Positions 9,061 through 18,606 of a stretch of 64,000 nt of DNA are shown piece after piece (the first letter of the stretch is position 1; every line of letters starts with the position of its first letter). Below the pieces are notes generated by a model, which saw only the letters and a list, made by a program, of their open reading frames with translations, had not been told where the DNA came from and did no database searches. The stretch is from the IMG/VR virus record IMGVR_UViG_3300017971_000201, positions 95,665 to 159,664 of that record; one strand, given 5' to 3'. Source of the stretch: a virus. A program made the translations under genes and the position numbers.

Positions 9061-9897
9061 CTACTCCTTCGTTTCGTTCGCGTTGTCTTGCTCGGCCAGG
9101 CTCGAGAGGAACTTGGCTCCCATCAGAAGGTGGCTCGCCATACTGGACACGCCCTCGTAGACGCCGGCCAGCTCGGCCTCGTCATCGCGGCTCGCAGCAT
9201 CGAGCGCCTGGATGGCGTACTTCATGTCCGCCGCGATGTCCCGAGCGGCCTCCTCGATCTCCTTCGAGGTACCCTCGGCCTTGGAGAGCAGCTGGATCGA
9301 CTCGGCCGTGCTCTTGGCGGCCGTGGTCAGCGCTGCCCGGAGATCATCGACGCTCCCCGGCAGGTCGTGAGCGCGAGGGGCGGGGATCTCGATCTGTGCG
9401 TCCTCGCCGACTCCCTCGCGCACGACCTTGTGCCACCAGGCGTCCCGCTGGATGGAACGCTTGGACACCTCGGTCGCGACCTGCTCGCCGAGATCGCCTT
9501 TGTAGTTGAGCGCATTGGCGATGCCCGCAACCAGCGGTATCGCCGCGTCGTAGTCGTCCGCCAGGATCATGGAGACAGCCGCCTTGGCCGTTTCCATGAC
9601 CTCGGCTCCGACGTCCCCCACCTTGTCGGGGATGTCGAAGACCTCCACCTCGCCCAACTCGATCTTGCCGTCCTCTTCCTCGATCCGCACGCGCATCAGG
9701 ATGCCGTTCTTCTCGGCGAGCGCGTGGTGAGGATACGTCGCGAGGAGCTGAGCCGGTCCGGCTGCCCACTCGGAGCTGGCTAACGCCTCCGCAATACGAT
9801 CACGTCGGAACTCGAGCGACCCCTCTCGCAGATGGGAGAGAACATCCTCGGCCTGCCTCACGTTCCGCAGGAGACTGATGATGGCTGCATCCTTCAC
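9061..9897 (-). CDS. hypothetical head-module protein
   Basis: 278-aa helical ORF in the head operon with GGAGG-type RBS. Confidence 0.65.
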   Translation of the reverse strand: MKDAAIISLLRNVRQAEDVLSHLREGSLEFRRDRIAEALASSEWAAGPAQLLATYPHHALAEKNGILMRVRIEEEDGKIELGEVEVFDIPDKVGDVGAEVMETAKAAVSMILADDYDAAIPLVAGIANALNYKGDLGEQVATEVSKRSIQRDAWWHKVVREGVGEDAQIEIPAPRAHDLPGSVDDLRAALTTAAKSTAESIQLLSKAEGTSKEIEEAARDIAADMKYAIQALDAASRDDEAELAGVYEGVSSMASHLLMGAKFLSSLAEQDNANETKE

Positions 9898-9959
9898 GGC
9901 GGGATCTCCCTCCCTAACTTTCTACGGTCTACATCTATCCTGCGCAACTAGGTTTGCGC

Positions 9960-12900
9960 CTACTGACCGTGGAATCTTCGGGTCATCGCGAGCAGCTCCT
10001 TCCGGGAGAACTTCCCGGATGGCGGAGCGGACATGCTGCCGCCGTTGGTTCGGCGCAGCAGGCCACGGACCTCCTCGAAGAACGCGCGCCGCTCGTGCTC
10101 GCGCCTGGCGAAGCCTTTGTCGCCCTCCAACAGACGATTGAGCTTGTCCGAGATCTCGGAGTGCCGGCGGCTCGACTCCCTGTACTTCCATTCCTCGAGA
10201 CGTCGCTCGTAGTCGTAGCGCTTCCACTCCTCTGGCGTCGGTTTCTTCCCCTTGCCGACCGCCGGGGCCTTGGGCTTGGGCGACGGCTTGGGCGCCGGCT
10301 TAGGGGTTCCCTCCTCCTCCTCCGGCGGCGCTTTCTCTGGCGCCTCCTCCGGCGGAGCCTCCTCCGGCTCTTCCTCCCCGCCCGGCGGCGGGGCCTCTGG
10401 CGGCCCGCCCTGGCCGCCGCCCATCGCGTAGCTGGGCAGATCGCCGGCCTGCTCCTCCTCGGAGTCCTTCTTCTGTTGCTTCTCGATCTCCTTGATCTCC
10501 TCCTCGGAGAACTTGAGGATGTTCTCCTGGATCCAGCGGGTGCTCACCCACGGCTGAATCCGGCTCGCGTAGTCAGCTGCCGCGTTCATGGTCTCGTAGG
10601 CCGCCAGCTCCCAGATCCCCGAGGGCACGGTCATCTCGATCGTGAACTCGGGCTTCCAGGGATCGCGCACGCCGCGAGCGGCCAGGTGCGTGCGAATGAC
10701 CCTCTCCCAGCCGATCTTCAGCTCGCGCTGGAGATTCAGGGTCACCCGGGCCGCGCGAACGTCGTCGTTCGACAGAATCGACTTCGACGGCGGGGCCTCG
10801 TCCTTGCCCAGGTAGGCGCGCGGGACCTTCAGTGTCGCGTGGAGCATCTGCTTGAAGTACTCGACATCATCGACGGCCTGGTAGTCCGGGCCGGAGAGGA
10901 CGTCCACCCTGGCCAGCTCGCGGCCCTCGCGAACGGCGATGAAGAAGTCCTCGTCACGGGCGAGAGGGTTGTAGCGGAGATCCAGCCGGCCGGATCGGGG
11001 GTTGACCATCCGCTTCTTCTTGAGGTCCCGCTTCGCCTTCTGAAGGAATGCGCCGACCTGGTCGGACGGGATGTCGGTCGTGTCGATGTAGTAGGCGTAA
11101 CGAGCTGGCGCGCGCGTGTTGTGCACCACGCACCCGTCCGCGACGAAGTTGTGCTCGTCGGCCTCGACACCGATGTCATAGATGTCATCTGTCTCGATTT
11201 CCTCGACGCCGCGAATCACCTCTGTCTTCGCCTGGGGCTTGAAGGAGACGTCCAAGCAATAGGACGTGCTGGTCGGAAGCGGCTTGCTGGAGCCTTTGAT
11301 CGTTCGACCGCCCGCTCGCGTACGAGACCAAACGAAGGTGGCGACCAGCCCGAGTTGCATGGCCAGCTCGCGCACATCCTCCAACAGCTGCTTGTTGCAC
11401 ATCTCGAAGCGAGCGCGCTCGTAGCGCGTCTTCCTTCCCTCCTTGCGGGGCTTGATGTGTGCGTCCGCGTCGGCAAGCCCTCGGATCATGGCCAGCTTGA
11501 GCTTGGGATGCGCTCGGAAGATCCACTCCGGCAGACGCTTGTGGTGGGCGCCGGGGACGAACCCGTTGAGCGTCATGAACTCAGCGAACTTGCCGGAAAC
11601 GATCGTGTAGGCGCCTAGCCGGTGGCCGGTATCGCCGACCAGCTTGACTGGCGCATATTTCTCGAAGAGAGCCTTGTACTGCTCGTTGATGTCCTGGTGC
11701 GCCCCAAGCGCGAACCCGGTCTCGTTCTGAGCAACGTGAGCCTCAGAGTGACCTGGGCGCAGCTTATGAGTGCGGGTGGCGACGAACCCGTCCCCGAGCA
11801 TGAACCCCCACCACCGCGCGAAATCCGCGTCGGCGGTTTCCGGGACCGTGATCCCTGTAACAGGAGTGCCGCGCTCACCGCCCCAGTGCTCCTCGATCTC
11901 CAGATGCTCTGGGCCGTGACCGTTGGCTTCCAGCAACGCTACGGCAGTATCGGTCTTGAGGTCATAGTCGCCGGCGAAGAAGTCGCGTGCCCGGCAGTGA
12001 TGCACACCGACCTGCTTCGCAATCTTGGGGTAGGGCATGGTCCGCTCGACAGCCCCGACGAGTCGCGCCTTGCTGTGGAGCTGCGGCCTTTCGAGGTAGA
12101 TCTCCTCCCAGTCGTCTTCGTTCTTGGAAGGGGTGACGAACCTGTGCACGCCAGGCTCAAGGTTCTGGACCTCCACGTAGTCCAGCCGGCGGATCTGGGG
12201 AATACCCTTGCCCCGGCCGACAACCGTCTCGACCAGAACAGGGTGCGTCCTGTTGGCGAAGATCTCCCTGTGGTCGCTGAAGACGCGGAAGATCTTGTCC
12301 TGGCCGTTGTGCTTCTTGTAGACGACCTTCGTCTTCTTCAGCCGGTGATCGTTGCCCGGATCGGTGTAGGAGTAGACCTCATCTCCCTCCTGTAGATCCT
12401 TGATTGCCTTACGGCCGTCTGGCGTCCAGATCTGAGAGTCTCCGCGCAAGCAGAGCTTGTAGATCAAGACCGAGTCCTCGAGCATCACCAGCCGCTTCCA
12501 GATCCAGCGAGCGCCCTCAGCGACCGAGACGCCGTAAGGCGACCGCCGCCGCGTCGCGCGCAGGCGGAAGTGGGCAACCTGCCAGTCCTCGAACAGGGCG
12601 AGACTCCTGGGGATCTCGACGTTGCCGGCGAGCATCCGCCGCAGCTCTTGGCTGTTCGCGGTGAACTGGCCGGTGACGTCCTGCACGAAGCCGATCAGAC
12701 CGCCGTCCAGACGCTCGACCCGGCGCATCGTGGGAACCGGGAGCGTATTGGTCCCGACGATCCCGTTCTCGGTAATGAGCAGCTCGAGGTAGTCGTTGCC
12801 CATCATCCCGAGGCCGTAAGCCTGTGGCCAGATCTCGTCCTCGACCCGCAGGATCCGGTGCATCAGGTCATTGCCCAGGCCCTTGAGAGCGTCGTCCTCC

Positions 12901-13202
12901 GACATGACCCAGATGCAGCGGCCGTCCTTGACCGAAGGCTGGGTCGCGTCGTTGGCAAAGTAGTGGAAGGCGCTGTTGATGTCCGGGTACTCCTCCATCG
13001 CCTCGTAGTCGGCAAACCGATCCATGAGCGACTGGGAGACGGTGAGCAGACCGCCGATGTCCTCGCGCCCCCAGACCGTGAACATGCTCGGCACGTGGTG
13101 ACGCATCGCCGCGACAGACGGAGAGTCGGCCTTGGCCCGCTCCTCCTGTGGAGCGCCGAATACGTTTCGGAGCGCCTTGACCGCCCTATCACGGAGGGCC
13201 AT
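9960..13202 (-). CDS. portal protein (T4 gp20-like) with intein
   Basis: LEDSVLIYKL/TRAPARYAYYID (gp20 EDA.VIYRITRAP motif split by intein), EDFFIA, DDVEYF, LKVPRAYL. Confidence 0.93.
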   Translation of the reverse strand: MALRDRAVKALRNVFGAPQEERAKADSPSVAAMRHHVPSMFTVWGREDIGGLLTVSQSLMDRFADYEAMEEYPDINSAFHYFANDATQPSVKDGRCIWVMSEDDALKGLGNDLMHRILRVEDEIWPQAYGLGMMGNDYLELLITENGIVGTNTLPVPTMRRVERLDGGLIGFVQDVTGQFTANSQELRRMLAGNVEIPRSLALFEDWQVAHFRLRATRRRSPYGVSVAEGARWIWKRLVMLEDSVLIYKLCLRGDSQIWTPDGRKAIKDLQEGDEVYSYTDPGNDHRLKKTKVVYKKHNGQDKIFRVFSDHREIFANRTHPVLVETVVGRGKGIPQIRRLDYVEVQNLEPGVHRFVTPSKNEDDWEEIYLERPQLHSKARLVGAVERTMPYPKIAKQVGVHHCRARDFFAGDYDLKTDTAVALLEANGHGPEHLEIEEHWGGERGTPVTGITVPETADADFARWWGFMLGDGFVATRTHKLRPGHSEAHVAQNETGFALGAHQDINEQYKALFEKYAPVKLVGDTGHRLGAYTIVSGKFAEFMTLNGFVPGAHHKRLPEWIFRAHPKLKLAMIRGLADADAHIKPRKEGRKTRYERARFEMCNKQLLEDVRELAMQLGLVATFVWSRTRAGGRTIKGSSKPLPTSTSYCLDVSFKPQAKTEVIRGVEEIETDDIYDIGVEADEHNFVADGCVVHNTRAPARYAYYIDTTDIPSDQVGAFLQKAKRDLKKKRMVNPRSGRLDLRYNPLARDEDFFIAVREGRELARVDVLSGPDYQAVDDVEYFKQMLHATLKVPRAYLGKDEAPPSKSILSNDDVRAARVTLNLQRELKIGWERVIRTHLAARGVRDPWKPEFTIEMTVPSGIWELAAYETMNAAADYASRIQPWVSTRWIQENILKFSEEEIKEIEKQQKKDSEEEQAGDLPSYAMGGGQGGPPEAPPPGGEEEPEEAPPEEAPEKAPPEEEEGTPKPAPKPSPKPKAPAVGKGKKPTPEEWKRYDYERRLEEWKYRESSRRHSEISDKLNRLLEGDKGFARREHERRAFFEEVRGLLRRTNGGSMSAPPSGKFSRKELLAMTRRFHGQ
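11118..12452 (-). mobile_element. intein with LAGLIDADG homing endonuclease in the portal (445 aa)
   Basis: Starts CLRGDSQIWTPDG, ends NFVADGCVVHN with +1 Thr; WGFMLGDG and MIRGLADADA motifs. Confidence 0.93.
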
Positions 13203-13923
13203 CTAGTTCTCCAGTCTCGTCGCCGACGTCCAGGAAGATCTCGGTCGCCGAAACGCTCGAGCAGTCTTGCGGCAGGACGTCATATACATCTTCCTCTTCG
13301 ATCCATGGCTCGCAACCGGCAACCTTGTGATTGCCAGGCATGATCTGTCGCTGGAGATCGAGAAGTCGATGCAGTTTGCTCCGGTTCCCCTTCCGTGGGG
13401 TACCGTCGATGTAGAGGTTGTCCGGGTGGCAGTTGTCAGGGTTGCCGTCCTTATGCTTCACCCGAAGCCCAGGAACGAGGGCATCGCCGGAGGCCCATTC
13501 ATACACCATTCTGGCGACGCTCCGCCATCTTTTCCGGTCGCTCGCGCAAGCCGCGTGCTTCCAGTGATCGGTCACCTGCCTGAAGGTCGGGTAGCCGCCC
13601 TGCTTGATACGACCGAGGTAGAGCGGAACCAGGCTCGTGCACGGCTTGAGATCGGCCGCCCGAACGGTCTCGACTCTCCTCGGCTCCCAGTTGGTGAACA
13701 CCAGGAAGCGCTGGTCGGCGCTGACCCGCAAGCTGCGGCCGTTGTCGAGAACGACGCGGTATGTCTGTGCGCGGGTGGGCGTGTGCGGAATGTAGACCCG
13801 GCCAGCGGCGATCTTCGCACCGTTCCAGGAGAAGACGTAGACGGGCTCGTCGGCGTTAGCGATGCGGACGGCGGTCTGGGGACCGCTCATGGTGTGGATG
13901 ATCGTGTCGCCGGCGATACTCAC
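13189..13923 (-). CDS. free-standing degenerate Hint-domain protein with inserted HNH-like segment
   Basis: GTG start overlapping upstream stop, GAGGAGG RBS; SIAGDTII (block A), LDNGRSLRVSADQRF (block B), VRAADLK, VYDV (block F); KHKDGNPDNCHPDNL; no terminal HN. Confidence 0.75.
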   Translation of the reverse strand: MSIAGDTIIHTMSGPQTAVRIANADEPVYVFSWNGAKIAAGRVYIPHTPTRAQTYRVVLDNGRSLRVSADQRFLVFTNWEPRRVETVRAADLKPCTSLVPLYLGRIKQGGYPTFRQVTDHWKHAACASDRKRWRSVARMVYEWASGDALVPGLRVKHKDGNPDNCHPDNLYIDGTPRKGNRSKLHRLLDLQRQIMPGNHKVAGCEPWIEEEDVYDVLPQDCSSVSATEIFLDVGDETGELDGPP

Positions 13924-14405
13924 TGCGCCTCCTCGTCTGCCGAGACGACAACTCCCTCGCAAACGAGGTTATGCGCATCGGTGGCGACGTGAAAGACTCG
14001 CGCTCTGCCAGCTGGAATGGGGTCGCCCGCAACCATCACGTGACCGGTCGAGAAGGCTGTGAGCATGAACTGGTCGGAAACGCCAGTACCGGCGGAGGGG
14101 CTGACGATCTTGTCACCTTCCTTCAGGTCACGGGCCTCGGCGTAGCCGACCGTCGTGAGCACCTTGTACTCCGGCGTGCAGCGGATCTTGCGGAGGTTGG
14201 AGAGCAGCACCTCGACGACCTCGACCTCACCGGTCAGGCGGGGGTGCTGAGCCGCGACCTTGACGATCCGCCTCTTCTTCGTGTCGTAGGCGAGGATCTG
14301 CGGCTGCTCTCCCGTTTGCGCGAGCCTCTCGATCGGGGTCCGCGAGATGATCGAACCGTCGGCCGTGTAGATGAGAACGCCTTCAGCCAGACCCCGCTGA
14401 TTCAC
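13920..14405 (-). CDS. free-standing catalytically dead mini-Hint protein
   Basis: GLAEGVLIYTADG, IRCTPEYKVLT..GYAEARDLKEGDKI, VFHVATDAHNLVCEGVVVSA; C1, block-B His and terminal HN all replaced. Confidence 0.8.
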   Translation of the reverse strand: MNQRGLAEGVLIYTADGSIISRTPIERLAQTGEQPQILAYDTKKRRIVKVAAQHPRLTGEVEVVEVLLSNLRKIRCTPEYKVLTTVGYAEARDLKEGDKIVSPSAGTGVSDQFMLTAFSTGHVMVAGDPIPAGRARVFHVATDAHNLVCEGVVVSADEEAQ

Positions 14406-14959
14406 TACTTTCCCTTCGCGTGCCTGTACGCTCGCGCCTCGTCCTTCGTCGGCAGCTTGAAGGACGGCAGCGCAGCCAACTTGACAACGTCGGGGATCGA
14501 CATCTTGACGATGACATTCGGCTCGCCGCTGTAGCCTCTGGTACTCTCCACGCTCGCCGACTTGATGCCTGCCGCCTTGAGCTTCTTCTCCAGCAGCCGC
14601 TTGTAGCCGCCAGCCTTGATGGTCGTCGCCGACTGCGTGGTCACACGTGTGTGAACGAGACTCTTGCCGGCCTTCTCCGACCAGGTCTCCCCAGTGTGCC
14701 GGCCAAGCAGACCCCTCTTCTCCAGGCGCGCCAGCGTCTTTTCGACCTGCTTCTTGCCGGCCTCCGCCTTCACGGTCAGCCCTTGCCGGCGCATGGTCTT
14801 GATGATCGCAGCCACGGTCTTGCCATAGAACCCGCGCGGTCCATAGCCGGACGCGCCTTTCGTCGCCCGCGCAGCGTCAAGCACCTGTCGCTCGAACTCG
14901 GTGAGGTCTGGCGGATCGTCGTACCCGCCGCCTTCCATGATCCGGTCGTAGAGACTCAC
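14405..14959 (-). CDS. basic hypothetical protein, candidate internal head protein
   Basis: GTG overlapping upstream stop, AGGAGG RBS; MSLYDRIME leader then K/R-rich body. Confidence 0.6.
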   Translation of the reverse strand: MSLYDRIMEGGGYDDPPDLTEFERQVLDAARATKGASGYGPRGFYGKTVAAIIKTMRRQGLTVKAEAGKKQVEKTLARLEKRGLLGRHTGETWSEKAGKSLVHTRVTTQSATTIKAGGYKRLLEKKLKAAGIKSASVESTRGYSGEPNVIVKMSIPDVVKLAALPSFKLPTKDEARAYRHAKGK

Positions 14960-15321
14960 GTTGACTGTCCTCCTATCGCCGCCTTGAGACGATCGCGAAA
15001 GATGTTCAGCGATCGGTAGAGGTAAGGCCACAGCCGATTCAACCTGGCTTCGAGATCGGACTCCGAAACATCCGGGTCATCGCTGACCCGCTTCCTGAGA
15101 TCCTTCACGAAGTCGTCGGCCACGCGCTGGGCGAGCAGCTTATCTCCCGCGAGCACCGGTGAGAGATCGAAGTCGATCGCAGACTCGCGGATCATCTCGT
15201 CGACCAGCTCGGCCTCTGTCGTCTCCGGCGCCGGCGGACCCATCGCCTTTCGGCGAATGTAGACCAGACGCTTTCTGATCTCCGGCCGCCGGGCCATCGT
15301 CTCGTCGAGCGGCTCCCCCAT
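14956..15321 (-). CDS. hypothetical protein (MGEPLDE leader)
   Basis: Translationally coupled within the operon. Confidence 0.55.
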   Translation of the reverse strand: MGEPLDETMARRPEIRKRLVYIRRKAMGPPAPETTEAELVDEMIRESAIDFDLSPVLAGDKLLAQRVADDFVKDLRKRVSDDPDVSESDLEARLNRLWPYLYRSLNIFRDRLKAAIGGQST

Positions 15322-15644
15322 CACTTCACCTTCCCGGCCGGAGGTACCGTGCGGACGATCTTCCAGGTCTTCTTGCTGTAGCGGGTCTTCTTCCAGGCGG
15401 CGCGCTCTGCCATTCGCTCCGCGCTCGCCTTCACCTTGATCGGCTTCTTCACGATGCCGTTGGTGAAGATCACGGTCCACTCGCCCGTGCGAGCCATGCG
15501 CTGGAGTCGAGAGCGCATCCCCAGCTCGGAGTACGAGAACTTGTCGCGCTCTCCAGGGAGCAGCGGGAAGCGGGGAGACGGCATCGGCTCCATGCGCGTT
15601 TCGTCGATCCAGCTGAGCGTCTTCAGCGGTCGGCGCTTCATCAC
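15321..15644 (-). CDS. basic hypothetical protein
   Basis: Coupled ORF, K-rich C-terminus. Confidence 0.55.
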   Translation of the reverse strand: MMKRRPLKTLSWIDETRMEPMPSPRFPLLPGERDKFSYSELGMRSRLQRMARTGEWTVIFTNGIVKKPIKVKASAERMAERAAWKKTRYSKKTWKIVRTVPPAGKVK

Positions 15645-15687
15645 CAGGTCATCTCCAGGCAGCGAGGATAGCAGATCAGCTCGACCG

Positions 15688-16134
15688 CTACTCCTCTCCG
15701 GCCTCCGTCTGGTTGTGGTACTCCTCCCAGTTGTCCGGCTTCTTCTCCCCGTAGGGGATCGCCAGCCGCTCTTCGATGAGCACCTCGTTGATCGTCCTCG
15801 GCGGCGAGCTGGCCGGTAGGAAGATGTCAGCGATCCATCGGCCGAAGTTGCCGGTCTTGTAGGTGCGGATCATGCACTCGCGGCCCTCGACCAGCTCGAT
15901 CACGCGTTCCTTGGCCTCGTTCGCCAGGGCACGTTCGGCCTCCTTCTGCTCGGGCGACCCACGGCGCGGCCGGATCTCGGGCGCGTCTACCCGCGCGAGC
16001 CGGAGTCGCTCGGTCCGATAGTTCCCAAAGCCCGCGTCCGCCATCACTTCGACAGTGTCGCCATCGATCACACGTGTCACTATCGCCCGGTAGTGCCACA
16101 GGCGCGAATCCGACAGAGAGAACTTAGGCCGCAT
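15688..16134 (-). CDS. thermonuclease (SNase family)
   Basis: RVIDGDT, RLARVDAPE, GNFGRWIADI, INEVLIEERLA. Confidence 0.9.
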   Translation of the reverse strand: MRPKFSLSDSRLWHYRAIVTRVIDGDTVEVMADAGFGNYRTERLRLARVDAPEIRPRRGSPEQKEAERALANEAKERVIELVEGRECMIRTYKTGNFGRWIADIFLPASSPPRTINEVLIEERLAIPYGEKKPDNWEEYHNQTEAGEE

Positions 16135-16503
16135 CTTGGTCCCTTTCCCACGAAACGACGTCCTTACGCCTGCCACAGTGCAGTACATCATGGCACGGCT
16201 CGCACAACGTGACCCCATTGGCCACATCGTTGATCGCCGCGTGCGCTCGCAGAAAAGCTACGGCCCGCGTCCGATCGTCCTCTGTTTCAAGCGCCCGCCT
16301 GGTCAGCAACTCATCCACAATCGCGCCGAGCCTCCTGATGTGGTGAGCGCGAAGATTCCCTCCGCACGGGCAACCTCTCTTAGCGACAGGCCGTCGACCA
16401 CGTACCGCTGGCGGAACCACGACCGATTGGCGATCGGGCCTCCCTTCCACGCCGGATTCAACTCACCGGCCGGATTCCACGTGTGCCCGCCGTGTCCGGT
16501 CAC
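16124..16503 (-). pseudogene. disrupted HNH homing endonuclease
   Basis: GELNPAWKGG plus HTH-like LSLREVARA in one frame; LRAHHI...NGVTLCEPCHDVLH in another frame. Confidence 0.6.
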
Positions 16504-16681
16504 CTAGTCGCCTAAGTCCAGCATCGTCGTAACCCCCATAGTCACGTAGGACCATGACATCCTACGGCTAGAGGCCATTCATGGCGAGCACAAGTCCAGT
16601 CGGTGGAGCTGGGTAGAACATCCAGAGAAAAGTCGTGAGAACCAGGGCCGAGGTTGTTGAGAGGGTTGGAAGGAGTCAACC

Positions 16682-17728
16682 GTGGCACTCAGCAAGAAGA
16701 CGATCAACAAGCACAACTTGAAGAGGGCCGAGGTGTTCGCAGCCAACGGCCTCGGCGACCACGACGTCGCGTTCGCTCACCCCCGGTTCCTCGGCTACGA
16801 CGAGGCCGAGAACGAGTGCGCGCTCTGCGAGCACAAGCACATCAAGTGGCTGTTCGCCATTCACTTCGACAAGCCCGACACGACCACCATGCTCGGAAAG
16901 GTCGCGACCGGCTTCGTGCGCACCGAGGAGGTCACCCTCTCCCCGGTCGGCAGCAAGTGCATCACCGACTGGCTCGACGCGGTGCCCGAGTCGGCCGAGA
17001 AGCTCGAGGCGCTCAAGCGCTGGGCCAAGGAGATGGACAAGTGCAAGGCAGCCATGAAGCTGAAGGTCTGCGAGGATCTCTGCCTCGAGCTGCTCGAGAC
17101 GCGCGGTGTCCCGGTCACGGAGAACCAGACGGCCCGCGAGACCGTCTACAGCCTCTACGCCAAGACCGGCTACAAGGCCCGCTCGGTGCTCTCCTGGTAC
17201 GATCGCAAGGCGCTCGCGAAGAACGCATACAACGTGGTCCAGGGAACCTGCGTGCGGAAGACCGCGCAGGACTGGATCAAGCGGCTGGAGCCGGTGCTCG
17301 ACAGGCAGGCCGAGCTGGACGCGCAGAAGGCGAACGAGCCGGAGCCGGCTTCGGTGATCCAGATGGTCGAGAAGGCCGCGCCGACCCCCGCGCCGACCCC
17401 CGCGCCGACCACCGCGCCGGTCCTCGACGACGACCTGGCCGAGCTGGCGGCCGACGACGCCGAGCTGATCAACCGCTCCCGGAAGGCGTGGGACGCGGGC
17501 GCCGGCAAGCTCGACGACTACGAGCGCAACGCGATCAAGGACATCGCGCAGAAGGTCGTCAAGTTCGGCTCGTTCGCGACCGACAAGCAGCGCGGATTCT
17601 TCGAAAAGCTCGTCAAGAAGCTCGAGGCGGCGGCCAACGGGACCGCCGAGACGGAGCCGGTCGCGGCCGTGCTCCCCGGCGAGCCCGGCTACGTGAGCGC
17701 GAGCGGAGTCGACGGGGCGCGCTACTAA
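16682..17728 (+). CDS. hypothetical protein
   Basis: 348 aa, strongly biased codon usage, AGGAG RBS, CxxC motif, PTPA linker. Confidence 0.8.
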   Translation: MALSKKTINKHNLKRAEVFAANGLGDHDVAFAHPRFLGYDEAENECALCEHKHIKWLFAIHFDKPDTTTMLGKVATGFVRTEEVTLSPVGSKCITDWLDAVPESAEKLEALKRWAKEMDKCKAAMKLKVCEDLCLELLETRGVPVTENQTARETVYSLYAKTGYKARSVLSWYDRKALAKNAYNVVQGTCVRKTAQDWIKRLEPVLDRQAELDAQKANEPEPASVIQMVEKAAPTPAPTPAPTTAPVLDDDLAELAADDAELINRSRKAWDAGAGKLDDYERNAIKDIAQKVVKFGSFATDKQRGFFEKLVKKLEAAANGTAETEPVAAVLPGEPGYVSASGVDGARY

Positions 17729-17748
17729 GCGCGCTCCGAGGAGCAAGA

Positions 17749-18606
17749 GTGAGCTACAGGCGACAACGATACGTGAAGATCCCCGAAGGGTCAGACACTC
17801 CCCTGACGAAGGCGGAGTTTCTGGCCCACGTATCGCGCCTGGGCACTGATCTGGCGCTCGCGCGCTACCGCTACGAGCACACCATCTGCAAGGATCTGCC
17901 GAACCGGCAGTGCCTCGACGAGGAAGAGCACCAGCTCTGGCAGCTCGCGCACGAGTCCGCGAAGCGGCTGTGCGACCGCCACGACATGAGCGCGATCGAG
18001 AAGCTGGCCGAGATCGCGAAGCGGGAAGAGGCCGAGGCGATGGCGGAAGCCAAGCGCGAGGTCGTCTACTCCTCGGCCGTGGACAAGCTGCTCGAGGATC
18101 ACAATGCGCCGGTCCGCAAGTTCGCCCTCGAGCAGCCGTCGCACGAGGTAGTTCGCCTCGCCATGGCGCTGCTGGACTACGCGGGATGCGAGGAGCGTGT
18201 TCCGGCCATCCTGAGAGAGCTGGACGACGCCCGCGATTCGCAGCGCTACTACAACAATCGGCTGAAGACCTGGGCCAGCTGCGCCCACGCTCCACCAGTC
18301 TGGAAGTGCCCCCGGTGCGAAGGCGAGGGGCACATGGGCGGCACCAAGTATGCGAAAGACCCATGCAAGCTCTGCGACGGACGCGGCTTCGTGCTCGCCG
18401 ACGCAGACAGCAAGTACGACCAGTCGCACGACTACGACGAGTTGGACCTGACATACGAGGGTCGCCAGGCGATCAACAGAGGAGACGCCTGGACGCCGGA
18501 AGACGAAGCCAACGCCGCTGGCTACGAGTCGATCGAGGACGCCGAAGAGGACGGTTGGCAGTTACCCGACTGGTTCAATCCGACGGCTGAAGAGAAGGCA
18601 GCGTGA
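17749..18606 (+). CDS. hypothetical protein with CxxCxGxG zinc-finger pair and tag motif
   Basis: GAGGAG RBS and GTG at 17749; CPRCEGEG, CKLCDGRG; SAIEKLAEIA. Confidence 0.7.
   Translation: MSYRRQRYVKIPEGSDTPLTKAEFLAHVSRLGTDLALARYRYEHTICKDLPNRQCLDEEEHQLWQLAHESAKRLCDRHDMSAIEKLAEIAKREEAEAMAEAKREVVYSSAVDKLLEDHNAPVRKFALEQPSHEVVRLAMALLDYAGCEERVPAILRELDDARDSQRYYNNRLKTWASCAHAPPVWKCPRCEGEGHMGGTKYAKDPCKLCDGRGFVLADADSKYDQSHDYDELDLTYEGRQAINRGDAWTPEDEANAAGYESIEDAEEDGWQLPDWFNPTAEEKAA

Noticed and set aside
3407-13343. Long plus-strand ORFs opposite the head genes (e.g. 3407-4882, 5696-7771, 7764-9509, 9954-11618)
   Set aside because: Antisense shadows caused by high-GC codon bias; the minus-strand frames carry the recognisable motifs
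13189-14405. Split-intein halves
   Set aside because: Each ORF has both N- and C-terminal Hint blocks, no exteins, and lacks splicing residues
16654-17748. 5-prime half of the 650-aa ORF 16654-18606
   Set aside because: It overlaps the better-supported 16682-17728 gene; the real start is likely the GTG at 17749 with an RBS
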